Origin: Bdellovibrionota bacterium
GTDB taxonomy: Bacteria > Bdellovibrionota_C > UBA2361 > JBGSMV01
Assembly (NCBI GenBank): GCA_044356455.1
Contig: JBIKWF010000085.1
Span: 1 to 19,283, forward strand
Length of the DNA: 19,283 nucleotides
Reading direction: 5' to 3'
In this document: in pieces, positions 16,709-19,283 of the stretch
How positions within the stretch are numbered: position 1 is the stretch's first letter
Layout: each line of letters begins with the position of its first letter
The notes under the pieces: model-generated
Databases searched by the model: none
Told to the model about the DNA's origin: nothing
The model's input: only the letters and a program-made list of their open reading frames with translations
Translations under genes and position numbers: made by a program

Positions 16709-16807
16709 CGCGCGGATTAGTGCCACCCACTAAAGTGACTATCTCTGTGTCAGCTAGAGCGGGCGAAGGTCAGTGATTGGCATTCGAAATAGTTGGGGGT
16801 GAACCAG
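16709..16807 (+). repeat. 99-bp intergenic repeat, copy 2
   Basis: About 89% identical to 11233-11330 in the same orientation. Like copy 1, it lies just beyond the stop codon of a minus-strand gene. Confidence 0.93.
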
Positions 16808-16842
16808 TTAGTGCGGGCGCTTGTTCTAGGAGGGCTCCTAGA

Positions 16843-18397
16843 TTAGTCGGGGAAGCAAGTATTACCGTGAAAATCAGTGTCATAACTCGGATTAATCACG
16901 CCGTAGCAGGTCAATGTCCCAGCCCCACCCTCGTTGAGCGTCAATCCATCGAGCAATTCAGAGAATCGTGCGGTAACGGTTGCCGAAGCGGCTGCCACAA
17001 CCGTCTCATTAGGCGCGCCGTTCGCCTGAATAGACGAGTGCAAAATATTAACACGGGTCCCGGCTCCGCTTCCGCGGACGCAGCCCACGTCCGGTGGTCC
17101 GTTCAGAGAACAAGTTACTGATGTGTTTCTCACGGTTACTGTGCTGCCCCCGGATGCCGTGATGCCGATCGCTAAGCCTGAGCCGTTTTCACCGATGGCG
17201 ACGGAGGAGTTCTCAACGGTCAAGCGCGCAACTCCCTCGTTTGAAATTCCAGTGGCCGCAGTCGACGGAAATGTAACCGCAATCTGCGCGTTTCGCATAG
17301 TAATCGAACCAGCGTTGAGGATACGGACTGCAGTTAGGGAGGTGTTTGAAAACGCGAAGATCCGAAGCTGTGTCACCTCTAAATTCGCATCAGAGAACCG
17401 CACAGGCACAGTCGAGGTCCCTTGGCTAAAGTATCTGAGTCACCCCATCGATTGTTGCCTGCGAGTCCTCAACGTCGATCGCAAAGCCGTCGTTATCCTC
17501 GGCGATCTCTAACAAGATGTCCTTGAGTGCAACACCGTTCGCTGTATCGATGCTAATGGTACGAGGGGATGCTGCGCGGTTGTCAAAAATTAATAGGTTC
17601 GAAGCCGAAGAATCACTCTGCATCAGAAGCACCCCATCGTCGTTTGCGTTCACCAGAAACGTGGCGTTGGTCCCGCTACCCACCAAGCTAATACCGGGGC
17701 TTGCCGTGATGCGGCTCGTAATAGAGTAGGTACCGGGCGCAAGGTAGATAACCGCTGGGTTATCCGCATCGGTCCCATCAGCTACCGCAGTGGTGATGGC
17801 GGTTGAGATGGAGCTTACGGGCCCCCCGGGAGCGACGTAGTAGACCATCGCTGGCGACAGTGTCGCATCGATAGTTCCTACCGTTGTCTGCAGCGTGGAA
17901 ATGGCGCTGTTTGCCGTTGAAACGGAACTGAGGAGGCCAGTGATACTCGTCGCTTGACCCGACACGGTGGATGAGAGCGAGGCGACGGTAGCGTTAGTAG
18001 TAGCTAGTCCCGATGTAAGAGTTGCTATGCTCGCCGTGTGTCCTGCTACAGTTGGTGAGAGACCTGCAACGACACTGGAGGTGGACTGCAAGTCAGAGGT
18101 TAAGGTCGAGATGTTCCCGTTTGCGGCCGTAACACTGCTTGAGAGCGTTGAGATGTTGGTGTTCGAATCTGCAAGTGAAGCGGTAAGATTATTGAGCGGT
18201 GTCGAGTAGGCTGATGCGGCGAATTTCGTTTCGCTCTTTTTGCACCTAACTCTCAGTGTGATCGCACCCGTTGTGTTATTTACGCACGCTACCTTTGGCG
18301 GAGTAGCGGCGAAGCTCATGCTCGGCTGACAAAGGGTAAGCATGAGAGCAAAACAAAGTACGAAGCGGCGCTGGTGAAAACCGGACTTGGATTTCAT
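16843..18397 (-). pseudogene. Secreted fibre/tailspike-like protein (signal peptide, Cys motif, coiled-coil stalk, pectin-lyase-like beta-helix) split by one frameshift near 17430-17440
   Basis: ORF 17426..18397 has a signal peptide, heptads (ISTLSSSVTAANGNISTLTSDL) and a beta-helix start (YVAPGG..SISTAI..VIYLAPGTY). Beta-strand repeats continue in another frame (LRYFSQGTSTVPVRFSDANLEV..) to the stop at 16843. It could be a real lesion or a sequencing error. Confidence 0.78.
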
Positions 18398-18499
18398 AGG
18401 CTATGTTCTTCAATACAGTGAGCATTCATCTGCCTTTCTTTCTATTCACTCGGTTTTTCGGCTTGATACCTTGAGTGGAAGTGGCAATCCGGGTGACGT

Positions 18500-18790
18500 A
18501 ATTGGTGGGAACACCGAGCAGGCGTCCCGTTTGGATGAAACGCGGTTACTGAATAAGAGAGGCATTCGCAGAAAGCCCACAGGCAGACGTGATCTAACGC
18601 GTAGACATGGGAGTTGTAATGAGGGGTTGGATGAGAGTACGTCAGGGTAGCCATCAGCATTCACATCTCCAATCAGAGCAACCCCGCCGCCAAGGGCAGG
18701 ACGTGCGCTTTCAACAACGGTATCGCCCGAAGAGAAAGTCGAATCTGCCGTCGCTGTTGCGATCTAGAAGTCTGGGAGATCGTGAATCGT
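18500..18790 (-). pseudogene. Degenerate FG-GAP/VCBS repeat gene fragment
   Basis: LDRNSDGRFDFLFG (about 18726-18767) and ALIGDVNADGYPDVL (about 18635-18679) are in different frames, with VTAFHPNGT further downstream in the other frame. No start or intact ORF; boundaries are approximate. Confidence 0.55.
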
Positions 18791-18826
18791 ATCAAGGGGG
18801 GTATCCCCGAGGGCTTGGGCTTAATC

Positions 18827-19249
18827 CTAGCCTTCTATTGGGTGTGTTACCCAACTGTTCAACCAGTAACTAACCAGTCCGTTAATGGAAATTGCAAGAA
18901 GAATGAGAATTGTCCAACGCAAACCTCTTTCAGAATATTCCCAGGGGAATTTTCCCCTTCGAAAGCAGATCCAAATAGCAATCGAAAGCGGAATTAGGGC
19001 AAAAAACAATCCCACGACACCGGTGAATACACGTTCAATTGCCTCCACTATTAAGAAGTCAGGAAGAACTTTACAGTCACAAGTTACACCGGCCGGGCAC
19101 GTGGGGTTAGGGCACTGTTTAAAGTAAGCACTCCACACTCCCACTTGCCCCAAGAAAAGTACAAGTTTCAGAAACAGCAAGGCGCAGTAAGACACAACCA
19201 ATTGAAGGAGAAATCCCAGAATTGAATTAGCAAATTTGACTTCCCCCAT
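18827..19249 (-). CDS. Small membrane protein (3 predicted TM helices) with a Cys-rich loop
   Basis: 140 aa with GAGG RBS, three hydrophobic segments and the loop CPNPTCPAGVTCDC between TM1 and TM2. Confidence 0.7.
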   Translation of the reverse strand: MGEVKFANSILGFLLQLVVSYCALLFLKLVLFLGQVGVWSAYFKQCPNPTCPAGVTCDCKVLPDFLIVEAIERVFTGVVGLFFALIPLSIAIWICFRRGKFPWEYSERGLRWTILILLAISINGLVSYWLNSWVTHPIEG

Positions 19250-19283
19250 TTGGGCCTCTGCTGAAGATTAACGCTAGATACCC

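Noticed and set aside
11233..16807. Repeats as a CRISPR array
   Set aside because: Spacing is kilobases and irregular, orientations are mixed, and there are no cas genes.
10448..16807. Canonical integron
   Set aside because: There is no intI, the recurring motif lacks attC R/L box architecture, and the genes are in both orientations.
16825..16842. Palindrome TCTAGGAG-GG-CTCCTAGA as an intrinsic terminator
   Set aside because: It abuts the stop codon but lacks a U-tract on the coding strand, so I cannot support a function.

Overview
Bacterial genomic window with no rRNA, tRNA, CRISPR array, integrase or transposase that I can see. The fibre-protein motifs resemble those of Bdellovibrionota-like lineages, but that is inference only. 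The left half (minus strand) holds a 1120-aa secreted repeat fibre/adhesin with a C-terminal chaperone-like domain, a ~1100-aa eukaryote-like Cys-rich repeat protein and a TMTC-like GT-C/TPR glycosyltransferase. A B12-binding radical SAM gene lies divergent to these. The middle (about 10.4-16.8 kb) is an accessory tract: a vapB antitoxin with a truncated vapC, then orphan genes, one of which carries a WaaA-like GT-B domain. The orphan genes are delimited by copies of a GAAATAGTTGGGGT-core motif. These copies include a 34-bp inverted pair tightly flanking the 811-aa gene and a 98/99-bp repeat whose left end also marks the vapC break point. The right end has a frameshifted coiled-coil/beta-helix fibre gene, an FG-GAP gene remnant and a small membrane protein. 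The motif-delimited orphan gene array is the most promising candidate for an undescribed cassette or recombination system.
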